Part shown: in pieces, positions 11,347 through 21,856 of the stretch
How positions within the stretch are numbered: position 1 is the first letter of the stretch
Layout: the number at the start of each line of letters is the position of its first letter
DNA from: a virus
Length of the DNA: 64,000 nt
Virus genome (UHGV): UHGV-1363143
Direction: 5' to 3' (one strand)
Notes under the pieces: model-generated
What the model saw: the letters and a program-made list of their open reading frames with translations, nothing else
The model's database searches: none
What the model was told of the DNA's origin: nothing
Made by a program: the position numbers and the translations under genes

Positions 11347-12315
11347 TTAGTTTTTAGAACTATCTACTATTCTTACTGATCCATTTGCTTGTACAGTTTT
11401 AGTAGCAATTTCTTGTACCTTAGCATAAGCATCATCTAGTTTAGTTTTTGTTACTTCATGAGCAGCTCTTTCACTTGATAAAGCTTCTTCTAATGAAGCA
11501 ATTTTTTCTTCAAGTCTTTCTTTTGCCCATTTAGCTTCTTTTTCAATATAGCTCTTTTGAATATTGAACTCTTTAGAAGCCTTATCTCTACCTTCTTTGA
11601 ATGAAGATTCTTTAATTTCTTCAATCTTATCATTTAAATTAGCAATATGTTCATTTAATTCTGCATTTTTAGCCTCAATTTCTTCAACCTTAGATTCTCT
11701 TTCAGCTACAGCTAATTCCTTTTCTGCTAATACGGATTCTCTAGAAGCTTTTTCATCTTCCCAAGCATCATTATCCTTTTGTCTTTCTCTCTTTAGGTTA
11801 TATTCAAATTCTTCTTTTTCTCTAGCTCTTTCTTTTTGAAGTTTAACCTTTTCTTCTTGGAATTCAGCTCTTAAATCAGTTTTTAATTTATCATATTCTT
11901 CATTTAATTCCTTAACTGATTTAGCAACTTCTGCTCTCTTTTCAGCTAGATTTGCATTCATTTCCGCTACTTTAGCTTCATAATTAGCATCAAGCTCTCT
12001 ATCCTTATCCTTAGCAGCATTTATTAATGCTTCTAAAGAATCAGCTTCCTTCTTTATGCTATATAATTCTTCTATTTCTTCTTCTAATAAGTCTACAGTC
12101 TTTAATAGAGCAGTATACTTATCCTTCATATCATCATTTAATATTTCTAAATCAATTATTTCTTTTGCTTTAGCCTTTACTTCCTTTATTTCCTTAGCCT
12201 TTACAACTTCTGCAGTAGTAGTTCTTCCTTCTTTTAATCTCTTGATTTCTTCTTGCGCTGCATTGTATGCCTCTAATATTTGATCCTTTGTGTTTTTTGA
12301 TGTTACTTTTGCCAT
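11347..12315 (-). CDS. hypothetical coiled-coil protein (Lys/Glu-rich)
   Basis: 322 aa of highly charged heptad-like sequence. Confidence 0.4.
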   Translation of the reverse strand: MAKVTSKNTKDQILEAYNAAQEEIKRLKEGRTTTAEVVKAKEIKEVKAKAKEIIDLEILNDDMKDKYTALLKTVDLLEEEIEELYSIKKEADSLEALINAAKDKDRELDANYEAKVAEMNANLAEKRAEVAKSVKELNEEYDKLKTDLRAEFQEEKVKLQKERAREKEEFEYNLKRERQKDNDAWEDEKASRESVLAEKELAVAERESKVEEIEAKNAELNEHIANLNDKIEEIKESSFKEGRDKASKEFNIQKSYIEKEAKWAKERLEEKIASLEEALSSERAAHEVTKTKLDDAYAKVQEIATKTVQANGSVRIVDSSKN

Positions 12316-12630
12316 TTAAAATTCCTCCATCTCTCTTGTTAAAAATCATTTTAAATCTACATACTTTATATTATGTGAATAATAAAAAAAAGAGCATTAA
12401 AATGAAAAAGCTTCCACTCTAATATCTCTATTTTGATTCTATATCCCAAATTGTTATATTTTTATAATTTTTAGCATACCAATATCCAAAATCTTCGTAA
12501 TTATCAAAGTATCTGTATTGGTATCCATCTTGGCTAAATCGTTGATTATACTTCACTCTTATCATTAGTTCACCTTTAAATATATTGAATATCATAGAGG
12601 CTATTAAATAGCCCCTACATAATTAAAAAA

Positions 12631-13383
12631 TTACTTAATTTCAAATTTATCTTCCTGAGTTTGAATTGTTACAGAAGGGATAACAGTATCTCCTAAATAG
12701 AATTTACCATCTTCAATTCTTCCATTTTTCTTAAGCATACTCTTATCAAGCTTCTCAACTGTTTCTACTTTTATTAAGTCAGGATTCACTTCTTTAACTA
12801 ATGATTTAAGTTCATCCTCATCTCCATAAATATATTTAGGTTGCTGCTTTTTAAACGATAAGTTTCCATATGGAAGTTTTATAGTCCTAGTTTTTTTGCC
12901 TTCTAATTCTTGCATAGCAAAATCTTTTAATATACTAGAGAAATATGATTTCTTTCTATCTATTTCATCTTGTCTTTGCTTTCTAAATGCATTAACTGCC
13001 TTTGAAGTTCTTTCAATTTCTGAATCACATAACTCATTCATTTCTGTTTCTTCAAGTATTAATTGATTATAAAGCTTAATATAGAAATTAGCTTGAGCCT
13101 TAGTCATTGAACCTGGTTCTTCTATAGAATCCACATTTAAATCAGTCTCTGCAAATTCATTCATAAAATCTCTTAGTTCTCCTAAGAAATCTTTTGCAAA
13201 TGCATTTTGAGGCTCTGTAACAGGAGTCTCTACTTTTTCTTCTTTTGGAAGTAAAGTATCAACCATATCTCCAAAAGGCATAATATTATTAGGCTTTTGT
13301 GAGAACGGGTTATTTTTAATTGCTCCTGGTGGTGGAGCAGGAATTGGCATAGGTGGTACAAGTCTTGCATTTTCCATTAACAT
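12631..13383 (-). CDS. hypothetical protein
   Basis: ORF with a Pro-rich N-terminus. Confidence 0.4.
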   Translation of the reverse strand: MLMENARLVPPMPIPAPPPGAIKNNPFSQKPNNIMPFGDMVDTLLPKEEKVETPVTEPQNAFAKDFLGELRDFMNEFAETDLNVDSIEEPGSMTKAQANFYIKLYNQLILEETEMNELCDSEIERTSKAVNAFRKQRQDEIDRKKSYFSSILKDFAMQELEGKKTRTIKLPYGNLSFKKQQPKYIYGDEDELKSLVKEVNPDLIKVETVEKLDKSMLKKNGRIEDGKFYLGDTVIPSVTIQTQEDKFEIK

Positions 13384-13390
13384 ATCCTCC

Positions 13391-14452
13391 TTAAATAAGA
13401 TTTTTGTTTATATAATCCATTATTGTATTTAACCTTTGATTATAATTACCGCCAACTTCAACAATTTTATCTTCAAATCCTCTTTCGATATACATATGTT
13501 TAAGTCTTTGGTGTAATTTTTCTCTTTTTTCTTGGTCGCCGTTAAGTCTTTGGCCATCTGATACCCACTCAACGTCTGGCTTAAGTAAAAATACTACATC
13601 ATATTTATCAGGATCTACACAAGCTTCTACTTGTGCATTTCTCTCACCCATATATAAAATGCTATAATATTGGGTAATAGTTGCATCTGTATCAAAGAAA
13701 CATAATTTATTAGCACATCTTAAAGCTTCGTAATCTTGCTCAACTTGTTGATGAGCAATTCTAGAAAAGTCTTGAGTAGTAAATATCTCCTCATTTCCTC
13801 CAAGGAATCTTTGAGCATAATATCTACCTACTTCTTCACTCCAAGAGGTGTGATATAATTTAGCCAATGATTTAGTTAAAGTAGTTTTCCCACAACTTTC
13901 ACTTCCAGCTATTAATACTTTCTTAGTAAAGAAAGGTCTTGCAGGTCCTAATATATGATCCCAATGTTTGATAGGATTGCTTCTAATTTCAGTAGCACTA
14001 ATGTTATAAGTAGTTCTCATTGGATCAAATAGATCTACCTTAGCATTAGGGAAATACTCTTCTAGCTTTTCTACATATTCATGCTCTCCACAAAAGAAAA
14101 CATCTATATTGTCTCCTACTGCTCCTTTCATTAGTTCAGCCCACATTGGCCATCCATTAGGATACTCAGGTATATTAGATTCATCTAATTTAACTACTTT
14201 GATGTGAGGCATATCTATAAGCTCTTGAGATAACCATTGTATTCTAAGGTTAACATTAATTTCAGGAATGCCTGATTCTTTACAGATTCTTCTGCTTCTT
14301 TCTATATTGTCACTTACTACTACATAAAGTTTTTGAACCTTTGTGGCAGCATTTAATATAGCTGTTAAATGTCCTCTATGTGGAGGAAGGAATTTACCAA
14401 AGTAAACTCCAACCTTAGGCATATCATTTAAATTGAAAATTGAACCACTCAT
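13391..14452 (-). CDS. nadR: NadR-like bifunctional NMN adenylyltransferase / ribosylnicotinamide kinase (no HTH domain)
   Basis: GKFLPPHRGHL nucleotidyltransferase motif near the N-terminus, and a Walker A AGSESCGKTTL in the C-terminal kinase domain. Confidence 0.75.
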   Translation of the reverse strand: MSGSIFNLNDMPKVGVYFGKFLPPHRGHLTAILNAATKVQKLYVVVSDNIERSRRICKESGIPEINVNLRIQWLSQELIDMPHIKVVKLDESNIPEYPNGWPMWAELMKGAVGDNIDVFFCGEHEYVEKLEEYFPNAKVDLFDPMRTTYNISATEIRSNPIKHWDHILGPARPFFTKKVLIAGSESCGKTTLTKSLAKLYHTSWSEEVGRYYAQRFLGGNEEIFTTQDFSRIAHQQVEQDYEALRCANKLCFFDTDATITQYYSILYMGERNAQVEACVDPDKYDVVFLLKPDVEWVSDGQRLNGDQEKREKLHQRLKHMYIERGFEDKIVEVGGNYNQRLNTIMDYINKNLI

Positions 14453-15133
14453 TTATTTCACCTCTTTTATTTGAGCCTTTTTCCATGAATATAATCCAAA
14501 TATAGAATTGCATAGGTAAACTATCCACATAATTAATGTAGCCATCTCTCCTACACCATTTATTAAAGAGAATGCCCACATGATTATTGATACTACATTG
14601 ATAATAACCCATATCACCCATTGCTCCATAAATTGTTTAACCATTAATATCATTGCAATGATAGATAGAATTGTTGAAGTTGAATCTAAGAATGGTAGAT
14701 AATTACCTAAAGACTTTAAGAAGAATCCATAGAAAATAACTAAGGAAACTGATATTCCGACTAATCTAATTCTTCCTTCTGTGCTAAGACTTTTTGATTC
14801 TATTTCTCCATCATTCTCTTCCTTAGCTTTCTTCCACATATAAAGACCTATAAATTGCATAGGCAAGTAATATAACGCATTTAACATTACTTCTCCATAG
14901 AAGCTAGCTTGGTAAGATAAAATAGCATAAGTAGAAACATTAATAGCACCAAATAAATAATTTAATGACATTCTCTTAGCTACTAGGATTACAGATAAGA
15001 TACCTGTTAATGAAGATACAATCGCTAAGGGACTATCTCCCCAATAAAGGCTTAAACCTAGTGTAGATAATGTCGCAACTGTTACCCATAAAATTTCATA
15101 AAGCTTCCAGTTTTTAAATATTGTTTTGTTCAT
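14453..15133 (-). CDS. pnuC: PnuC nicotinamide riboside transporter
   Basis: 226 aa polytopic membrane protein; the LYEILWVTVATLS...GILSVILVAKR...YWGD pattern is PnuC-like. It abuts the nadR-like gene. Confidence 0.75.
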   Translation of the reverse strand: MNKTIFKNWKLYEILWVTVATLSTLGLSLYWGDSPLAIVSSLTGILSVILVAKRMSLNYLFGAINVSTYAILSYQASFYGEVMLNALYYLPMQFIGLYMWKKAKEENDGEIESKSLSTEGRIRLVGISVSLVIFYGFFLKSLGNYLPFLDSTSTILSIIAMILMVKQFMEQWVIWVIINVVSIIMWAFSLINGVGEMATLIMWIVYLCNSIFGLYSWKKAQIKEVK

Positions 15134-15239
15134 ATACTTTTCTCCTTCGATTTTTGTTTCAAAATTATGTTATGTCTTAAAAAATAAAAAGACTACTTTT
15201 ACGAAAAGCTTCGCAAAAATAGTCATATTTTATTTATAA

Positions 15240-15262
15240 AAATAGAGACTGCTATGCAGTCC
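15240..15262 (-). terminator. putative terminator overlapping the SNF2 gene stop
   Basis: Hairpin gactgc-tat-gcagtc followed by UUUUUAU on the minus strand. Confidence 0.4.
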
Positions 15263-17093
15263 CTTTAGCTAAACTCTTAATTAGCTCTAAATCATAATTT
15301 TCTTTTTTAGCAACAACTTTTAGTTGAATTTCATCCCAACTCTCTTGTGCTATTAGTTGATATACAAATACGTTATCATGAACGCTATCAGCTCTTTCTA
15401 GTCTACCATGTCTCTGTGTCTGAATAGCATAACTACCAGCTATATCATATTCAATTAGATATTTGCATTTAGATAAATTTAAACCTTCAGCTCCAGCATC
15501 AGATAACAATAATACCTTATAATCTGGATTATCTCTAAATTTATCATATACTTCAACACTTCTTTCTTGTGATGATAATGTTCCATTAACATATGCTATT
15601 TTAATGTTTTTATTGTATTTATGGATCCTCTCAGTTATAACGTGTTGCATTCTTTCAAATTTTGAAAATACAGCAACCTTTTCTCCTGATTCAACAATTT
15701 CTTCTATTAAATCCATAAATAAATCCATCTTAGGATTCTTCTTTGTTTTCACTACATACTTTTTAGCAAATTCAGAATCACTATCCTCTAAAAGCTTTGG
15801 TTCGTTTGCAATTTCTTGAGCAAATGTTTGTAGTGCTAATATTTGAGCTCCTATTTTTTGAAGCTCAGGATTTAATTTAGCTTCTAGCTCTGTTCTACAT
15901 TTAGATCTTATTGCGAAATCTTGTTCCTTCAATTCATCTAATTGTTGCATGATTGTATTATTCATATCATACTGTTCTTCTGTAAGTGTAACATACCTTT
16001 GAATGACCTGTAATTTAGGTAATTGATCACTTATTTCTTCTTTTGATTTAATCATAATATATGGTCCAATAGTTTTAGTAAGTTTATTGCCGTTACGCAC
16101 TCCTGCAATCCTGCCTCTCCCTGCCCATTTAATAAATTCAGATGAGAATTTACTCCATGAAGGAAATAAGTCTGGTTTAATAAATTTAAAAATTGAATAA
16201 ACGTTTTCAGGATTTTTTGTAATAGGAGTAGCTGTTGCTCCAACCTTTATTTTTGCTTGGAACTCTTGTAACGCTTTTGATCTTTTACTATCTTTTGAAC
16301 CTATCATGTGAATTTCATCAGCAAAGATAAAATCTAATTTCATTGAATGAAGTTGTTGACGAATAGTATCATCAAGTAAGGCTTCATAATTAACTACAAA
16401 CAAATCATGTCCTTCAAACTGTTCTTTAAACTTAGAGGATATCTTTTCTTCTAATCTTAAATTCTCAAGTTTAATATCACTGATTTTATCTTTGTCTTTT
16501 ATCTTGTCTAGTGTTTTAATTAACTTTTTATTCTTGTTAATTTTAGACTTTGTGTATGCTGAAATACTTGATGGCGATTCAACTGCTACAGCTTTTAAGT
16601 CACTAAACTTGCTAACTTCATTAACCCATTGAGTTTTTAATGAAGCTTTTACAACAATTAAGCCTTTTCCTGAAATCATTCCTCTTTCAGTGGCCTCGAT
16701 AAACATTCCTATTCCTGATGGAGTTTTACCAGCTCCACAAGGCAATACTAGTAAAGCATTATTATTATCAAGTACGAATTTAATAGCCTCTCTCTGATAT
16801 ATATATGGCTTTAATTTCATGGATAAGCCTATTTCATCAAGTGATTTATCGTATCTTCGTATTTTAGGTAAACTGTGTTCTACACTTATGTTTAAATAAC
16901 TATAAGCATTGATAAAAGATTGAAGATCTTCTTCATACAGTTCCCATTGTTTAGTGATAAAATTGAAGTGTACAAATGGATTGTACACAACAATATTTAA
17001 AAATTCACTAAGTTCAGTTTTTTTGCCCAAGAATTTCAACCTATATTTTCTAGAAATAACTCTTTCTATTTTTAATAGTTCCATAGGTTGCAT
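15252..17093 (-). CDS. SNF2/RAD54-family helicase
   Basis: LPCGAGKT Walker A, DEIHMIG (DEAH box), and a helicase C region SDAGAEGLNL...QTQRHGRLER. Confidence 0.8.
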   Translation of the reverse strand: MQPMELLKIERVISRKYRLKFLGKKTELSEFLNIVVYNPFVHFNFITKQWELYEEDLQSFINAYSYLNISVEHSLPKIRRYDKSLDEIGLSMKLKPYIYQREAIKFVLDNNNALLVLPCGAGKTPSGIGMFIEATERGMISGKGLIVVKASLKTQWVNEVSKFSDLKAVAVESPSSISAYTKSKINKNKKLIKTLDKIKDKDKISDIKLENLRLEEKISSKFKEQFEGHDLFVVNYEALLDDTIRQQLHSMKLDFIFADEIHMIGSKDSKRSKALQEFQAKIKVGATATPITKNPENVYSIFKFIKPDLFPSWSKFSSEFIKWAGRGRIAGVRNGNKLTKTIGPYIMIKSKEEISDQLPKLQVIQRYVTLTEEQYDMNNTIMQQLDELKEQDFAIRSKCRTELEAKLNPELQKIGAQILALQTFAQEIANEPKLLEDSDSEFAKKYVVKTKKNPKMDLFMDLIEEIVESGEKVAVFSKFERMQHVITERIHKYNKNIKIAYVNGTLSSQERSVEVYDKFRDNPDYKVLLLSDAGAEGLNLSKCKYLIEYDIAGSYAIQTQRHGRLERADSVHDNVFVYQLIAQESWDEIQLKVVAKKENYDLELIKSLAKGTA

Positions 17094-17101
17094 TCCTCCA
17101 T

Positions 17102-17941
17102 TTAGTCATGAACTCCAATTATATCTAGCATTTCTTTACAGATATTAACTGTTTCTAGCTCAAGATCGTATTTTTCGCAGATATAAATAGCTGATTTTCT
17201 GCTCAACAGGTCTTTAGCCAACGAATCTCTTTCTTCTTTATCTATATAGCATTGTTCATCTAAAGAATCATATAGTAATTTAAATTTCTTACCAAGTCTT
17301 TTGTATACCTTAGGAATATACGATTTTGATACCTCTGCTTCCTCGGCTATTTCCGCTTGGCTTTTCCCTTTTATTTTAAGAAGATAAACTCTTCTTTCTT
17401 TATCTGTGCAGGCATCTATTAGTTCTAATAAAAGGTAAATAAAGTCAAGCAAGAACTCTTGAAATACTACTACATCATCTATATCACAATTATCTCCCAC
17501 TAAATTCAAGAGTTCTATACTTTTCTTATCCGAAGAAGGATTAGGAATTATAGAATCTAGCGAATAATTCATCTCATTTCTTAATATGTTATTTTTTTGA
17601 GCCTCTAAAGAACGTTTAATCATTCCAAGCTTGGACTCACATACTATAAATATCCATGATGACAATCCAGATCTATCTAGATCACATTTATTTACATTTT
17701 TAAATATGTGCGCCCATAGCTCATTATGCATATCTTCTAGATCGTATTGACCTTTACTCAAAGTATTAATGGCTGGATACCACTTTTTAGATATATCCCA
17801 CACTAATCTATCATACTCTTCATAAAATATAGTTGTTTCCGGTTCTTTACCATCAATAACACACTTCAGAAATTCTTTATTGCTATTAATATTTTTTAAA
17901 TTCATAATTCTCCTCCCCATTTTACAGACACTATTCTGCAT
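17102..17941 (-). CDS. sigma-70 family RNA polymerase sigma factor (small, sporulation/ECF-like)
   Basis: A region 2-like segment, and a region 4 HTH LTDKERRVYLLKIKGKSQAEIAEEAEVSKSYIPKVYKRL. Confidence 0.5.
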   Translation of the reverse strand: MQNSVCKMGRRIMNLKNINSNKEFLKCVIDGKEPETTIFYEEYDRLVWDISKKWYPAINTLSKGQYDLEDMHNELWAHIFKNVNKCDLDRSGLSSWIFIVCESKLGMIKRSLEAQKNNILRNEMNYSLDSIIPNPSSDKKSIELLNLVGDNCDIDDVVVFQEFLLDFIYLLLELIDACTDKERRVYLLKIKGKSQAEIAEEAEVSKSYIPKVYKRLGKKFKLLYDSLDEQCYIDKEERDSLAKDLLSRKSAIYICEKYDLELETVNICKEMLDIIGVHD

Positions 17942-19181
17942 ATCTATACATATATTGCTTGTCTATTTCTGTAACAAATCTCGACTCTTGAGTCCTGATA
18001 TAGCTTCCTTGCTTAAGCGTATAAATAGGCCTTGTAATAAAAAGGAGTTTTTTTGCTCGTGTAACGGCAACATACATTAACCTTCGTTCTTCTTCGTAAT
18101 CTGCCTCTGTAGTTGCTCTATATGAAGGTATTACTCCCTCATTTGATCCTGCAATAATAACAATATTCCATTCCAATCCTTTACTGCTATGCATAGTTAA
18201 TAACTGTACGCAGTTCTCTTCATCCTGATTTTGTTCTGCAATAGTGCTATCTAAATTTATATTGTCGGATAATTCTTCCATACTTTCAAAGTGAGTGGCT
18301 AATTCTATTAGCTCTTGAATATTTTCTATTCTATCGTCAGCAATGTTTTTCTTTTCACTCTCTCTGATATAAGGAATATAACCTGTTATTCTTAGCATAG
18401 TCTCTATTGCAATGTCTGGAGTGTTAGTCTCCATTTCTACAGATAGTTCCCCTACTATATCAAGAAAATCTTTAGCACTTGACTTTGCTTTTCCTGTTAA
18501 ATTTATTTGCTCTAATGCTTCAATTAAATTACATGAATTTGTTTTTGCAAAGTCAATTATTTTCTCGACTGTTTTGTCTCCTAGTCCTCTTTTTGGTGTG
18601 TTTATTGCTCTTGAGAAAGCAATTGTATCATTAGGGTTTATTATTAACCTAAAATAAGAAATTATATCTTTAATTTCTTTTCTACTATAAAAGTTGGTTC
18701 CTCCTACAATTTTATAAGGAATTCTATATTTAAGAAGAGCATCTTCTATTTGTCTAGATAGATAGTTCATTCTATATAAAATAGCTATATCACTGTACTT
18801 GTAACCATATTTTTTAACTGATAATTCAATTAATTTAACTATTCTTGCTGATTCTGCCATAGGATCTTTTTCAGGAAAAAATATAATTGGATTACCTTTT
18901 TCATTATTAGATCTTAAGCTTTTTTCTACTAGCTGTTTATTATTACTTATTAAACTTTTAGAAGCGTCAACTATCATTGAAGTACTTCTATAATTAGTAT
19001 TTAATAGATGTACTCTCATGCCAGTAAATATGTTTCTCATATTCATTACAGCTTCTATCTTAGCACCTCTAAAAGCATAAATGCTCTGGTCATTATCAGC
19101 AATCATACAAATATTTTGGTTTTCTCCTGTAAGAAGATATATTAATCTTAAATCCATTACAGAAGAATCATGACTCTCATC
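17931..19181 (-). CDS. UvrD/PcrA-family helicase, 3' exon (motif II onward: DESHD...QSIYAFRGA...VTRA)
   Basis: The frame stays open upstream of the annotated Met through KKDESHDSSVMDL. Motifs III-VI of superfamily 1 helicases are present. Confidence 0.6.
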   Translation of the reverse strand, partial: DESHDSSVMDLRLIYLLTGENQNICMIADNDQSIYAFRGAKIEAVMNMRNIFTGMRVHLLNTNYRSTSMIVDASKSLISNNKQLVEKSLRSNNEKGNPIIFFPEKDPMAESARIVKLIELSVKKYGYKYSDIAILYRMNYLSRQIEDALLKYRIPYKIVGGTNFYSRKEIKDIISYFRLIINPNDTIAFSRAINTPKRGLGDKTVEKIIDFAKTNSCNLIEALEQINLTGKAKSSAKDFLDIVGELSVEMETNTPDIAIETMLRITGYIPYIRESEKKNIADDRIENIQELIELATHFESMEELSDNINLDSTIAEQNQDEENCVQLLTMHSSKGLEWNIVIIAGSNEGVIPSYRATTEADYEEERRLMYVAVTRAKKLLFITRPIYTLKQGSYIRTQESRFVTEIDKQYMYRYAE

Positions 19182-19761
19182 CTTTTTTGTAAATCTAATT
19201 AATAATATAATGTTTCATCTTTTTAGAATAATCTCCTTTCAACACGAACTTACGTTCTTATCATATTTTAGCATATTTCCAATATATACTCAATAATAAA
19301 TACATTTAACAAAAGTATTTATTATTCACAAAAAAAGCGTAACATTAACAATAATATTAGATTTTTCTTACTTTCGCAAGTGTGGACTATATCATCATCT
19401 CATAATTACTAATTTTAGCCCTATTGCTAGTTCTAGTTTTATGAGAATGCCTCTTGTTTCACGCAGAGTTACCTTTCGGCACTTTGCTAGTCTCTGAACC
19501 TTCTTCCACCCTGGCATATAATTATATGTTACATTGGAAGCTTGGCTGCTGATTCCCCATTATTAAGGTCCTTAGCACCATCATATTTAATGATAGCTTT
19601 TATTTCAGCTTAGACTATCCTTAGTTATTTTTTCTGCCTTTCGGCGACATTCACGCTTGTCCTTACGGACTACGTTGTAGTTAACTTAGGCTTTAGGGAT
19701 TGTTCCAGCAATTAAAGAGGTACGCACACTACGTCACCGTAATATGGGCCGATGAGTTCAG
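19182..19761 (-). ncRNA. candidate self-splicing group I intron (ORF-less) interrupting the UvrD-type helicase gene
   Basis: About 580 nt with no ORF and higher GC than its surroundings. It has two cGAAAg tetraloop hairpins on the minus strand. The 5' exon ends in U (gtt) and the insert ends in G. The exon join restores YQYIV|DESHD (motif II). Confidence 0.5.
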
Positions 19762-20407
19762 CAACGATATATTGGTATTGTCTATTGATTTCAGATTTGA
19801 CTTCAGGGAATTGTTCTAACAATCTAACCGTCTTATAAATTAAATCATCAAAATCTACACAGTTATCTTGCATCATTCTGGAATGATAGAGTTGATAGAG
19901 TTCTGCGAATTGTCTTTCTATTGTATTGGTTGATTCTCTCAACGCTTGACTTGGACTTATTAGCTGACATTTATAATCTGATATTTTCCATAATACCTTA
20001 TCAGCTTCAAAATTGTAACCAGATGTTTTAATGATTTCTTTCATTAATTTCTTGCAATCTTCAGTATCGCATATACTAAAAGATTTAGTAAGTCCAATAT
20101 AATTTGCATATTTTCTTAAAAATCTACTGCATACACTATGGTATGTACCGACCATTATACTATTTGCTTCAGGTCCTATAGTAGCAGTTACTCTTTCTTT
20201 GATTTCCATAGCTGCTTTCTTAGTAAATGTAAATAATATAATTTTATCAGCCGGTATTCCGCTTTTAATCATGTTAGCTGTTCGAACTACTAAGGTAAAA
20301 GTCTTACCAGCTCCTGGACCAGCTATAACCATTGAAGGTCCATGAATATCTATTGCGGCTTCCTTTTGTTCATCATTAAGTCTATTAAATAATTCTGATA
20401 GTTCCAT
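19762..20407 (-). CDS. UvrD/PcrA-family helicase, 5' exon (Walker A GPGAGKT to motif II start)
   Basis: AGPGAGKTFTLV Walker A. The ORF then runs into a nonsense tail (AELIGPYYGDVVCVPL) that is intron sequence. Confidence 0.6.
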
Positions 20408-20456
20408 TTTAAGCCTCCAAATAAAAAAGGGGAGTTGTTTAATACTCCCTCAATAC

Positions 20457-20660
20457 TTAATTCAATTTTATAGTAACTGGTGATGAGGGATCTGCTTCAT
20501 AAAATTCTTTTGTTTTTTCTTTTGATACAATTGTTCCACCTAATGCAAGCTCTAAATCTTTAGTTCTTTCTATACATGAAGTACCTGCAAATCCTTCCTT
20601 AGCTTGAAATGTATATCCACCTTTTTCATTTATTCTTATTTCAACTGTTTCTTTTCTCAT
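20457..20660 (-). CDS. hypothetical protein (67 aa)
   Basis: ORF, co-directional. Confidence 0.35.
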   Translation of the reverse strand: MRKETVEIRINEKGGYTFQAKEGFAGTSCIERTKDLELALGGTIVSKEKTKEFYEADPSSPVTIKLN

Positions 20661-20669
20661 GATTGCCTC

Positions 20670-21392
20670 CTAGTTTTCAATATCTTTTAATATTGCCTCA
20701 ACAGTTTCTTTTGCTATTGACGCAAGATTGATATCATAAGAAATAGTATTAAAATAATCATCATCATTTAATACATTTCTATTTGGATATCTTTTTAAAA
20801 CAAGTTTATTCTCTCCAATATTGTTTTCTATTTCTTCTAGTAAAATTATTGGAGCATTATCTAGCTTCACTACTACTCCATTTGGAAAATTATCATCATT
20901 TCTTTTGAAAGTTAATTCTCCTACTATAGTATTAATTACTAATTCTTTTACCTCTGCCATATTTTCAATATAATTTTCAAGATCTGTTTTAAATTTTTGC
21001 AACTGTTTTGTTCTATCTTCTGTATTTAGTTGCAAAAACATTAATAGGCTATCAAAATCATATTTATCAATATAACTCATAGTATTGCTCATAATATTGT
21101 ATGGCAATATTATCATTTTCACATTATCATAACCATCTTCTTTGTTTTTCGATTTAATTGCATCCTCTATATTATTTGTATATAAGAATTTAGATAAATC
21201 ACTATATTTATCATAATATATTAGTGCAGTTGCTTTTGGTAACTCATCTGATTTATTAACTAATTGTTTAACTATAAATTCAATACTATCGTTTAAATAT
21301 ACTGACAGAGTATGAACGTTATTAATTTTTTGTTTAAGTATAGTAACTGTTCCTATATCTGTATATAATTTCATCTCGATTTTATCTATCAT
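20670..21392 (-). CDS. hypothetical protein (240 aa)
   Basis: ORF. Confidence 0.4.
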   Translation of the reverse strand: MIDKIEMKLYTDIGTVTILKQKINNVHTLSVYLNDSIEFIVKQLVNKSDELPKATALIYYDKYSDLSKFLYTNNIEDAIKSKNKEDGYDNVKMIILPYNIMSNTMSYIDKYDFDSLLMFLQLNTEDRTKQLQKFKTDLENYIENMAEVKELVINTIVGELTFKRNDDNFPNGVVVKLDNAPIILLEEIENNIGENKLVLKRYPNRNVLNDDDYFNTISYDINLASIAKETVEAILKDIEN

Positions 21393-21445
21393 GTATTCGC
21401 TCCCCCAATATCTTTAAGGTTATCACTTCAGTCTTTTAAATTATA

Positions 21446-21856
21446 TTATACTACATAACGACTTGCTTGTATAACAATTTCCTTTGTCTTACTATCTATG
21501 GATATATCTTCCTTGTTTATTGTCCATCCTTGTTTTTCACATTGAAAAATTACATCATGCTTTTTATAAGCTTGTGATAATCTATCTATAAAAGTCTTTT
21601 CATCTATTCCTGTACAGAAGAAATCACCAGCTACTTCTAGGTTAGTGTTTTTTCCTTCTTTTATGAATTTTATTCCTATTGATAATGGCTTCCCATCTCT
21701 AACGAATCCAGCGTCAACTTTTTCTGTTATCCAAGTATTTTGAATTAACTTAATATCATGGTCTATAGTTAATCCTAAATCTTTTGCTGCTCTTGATAAT
21801 AATGTTTTTTTACAGTTTACTAATACTTTTGAATTATAAGTTGTTAAATGTGACAT
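21446..21856 (-). CDS. hypothetical protein (136 aa)
   Basis: ORF. Confidence 0.4.
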   Translation of the reverse strand: MSHLTTYNSKVLVNCKKTLLSRAAKDLGLTIDHDIKLIQNTWITEKVDAGFVRDGKPLSIGIKFIKEGKNTNLEVAGDFFCTGIDEKTFIDRLSQAYKKHDVIFQCEKQGWTINKEDISIDSKTKEIVIQASRYVV

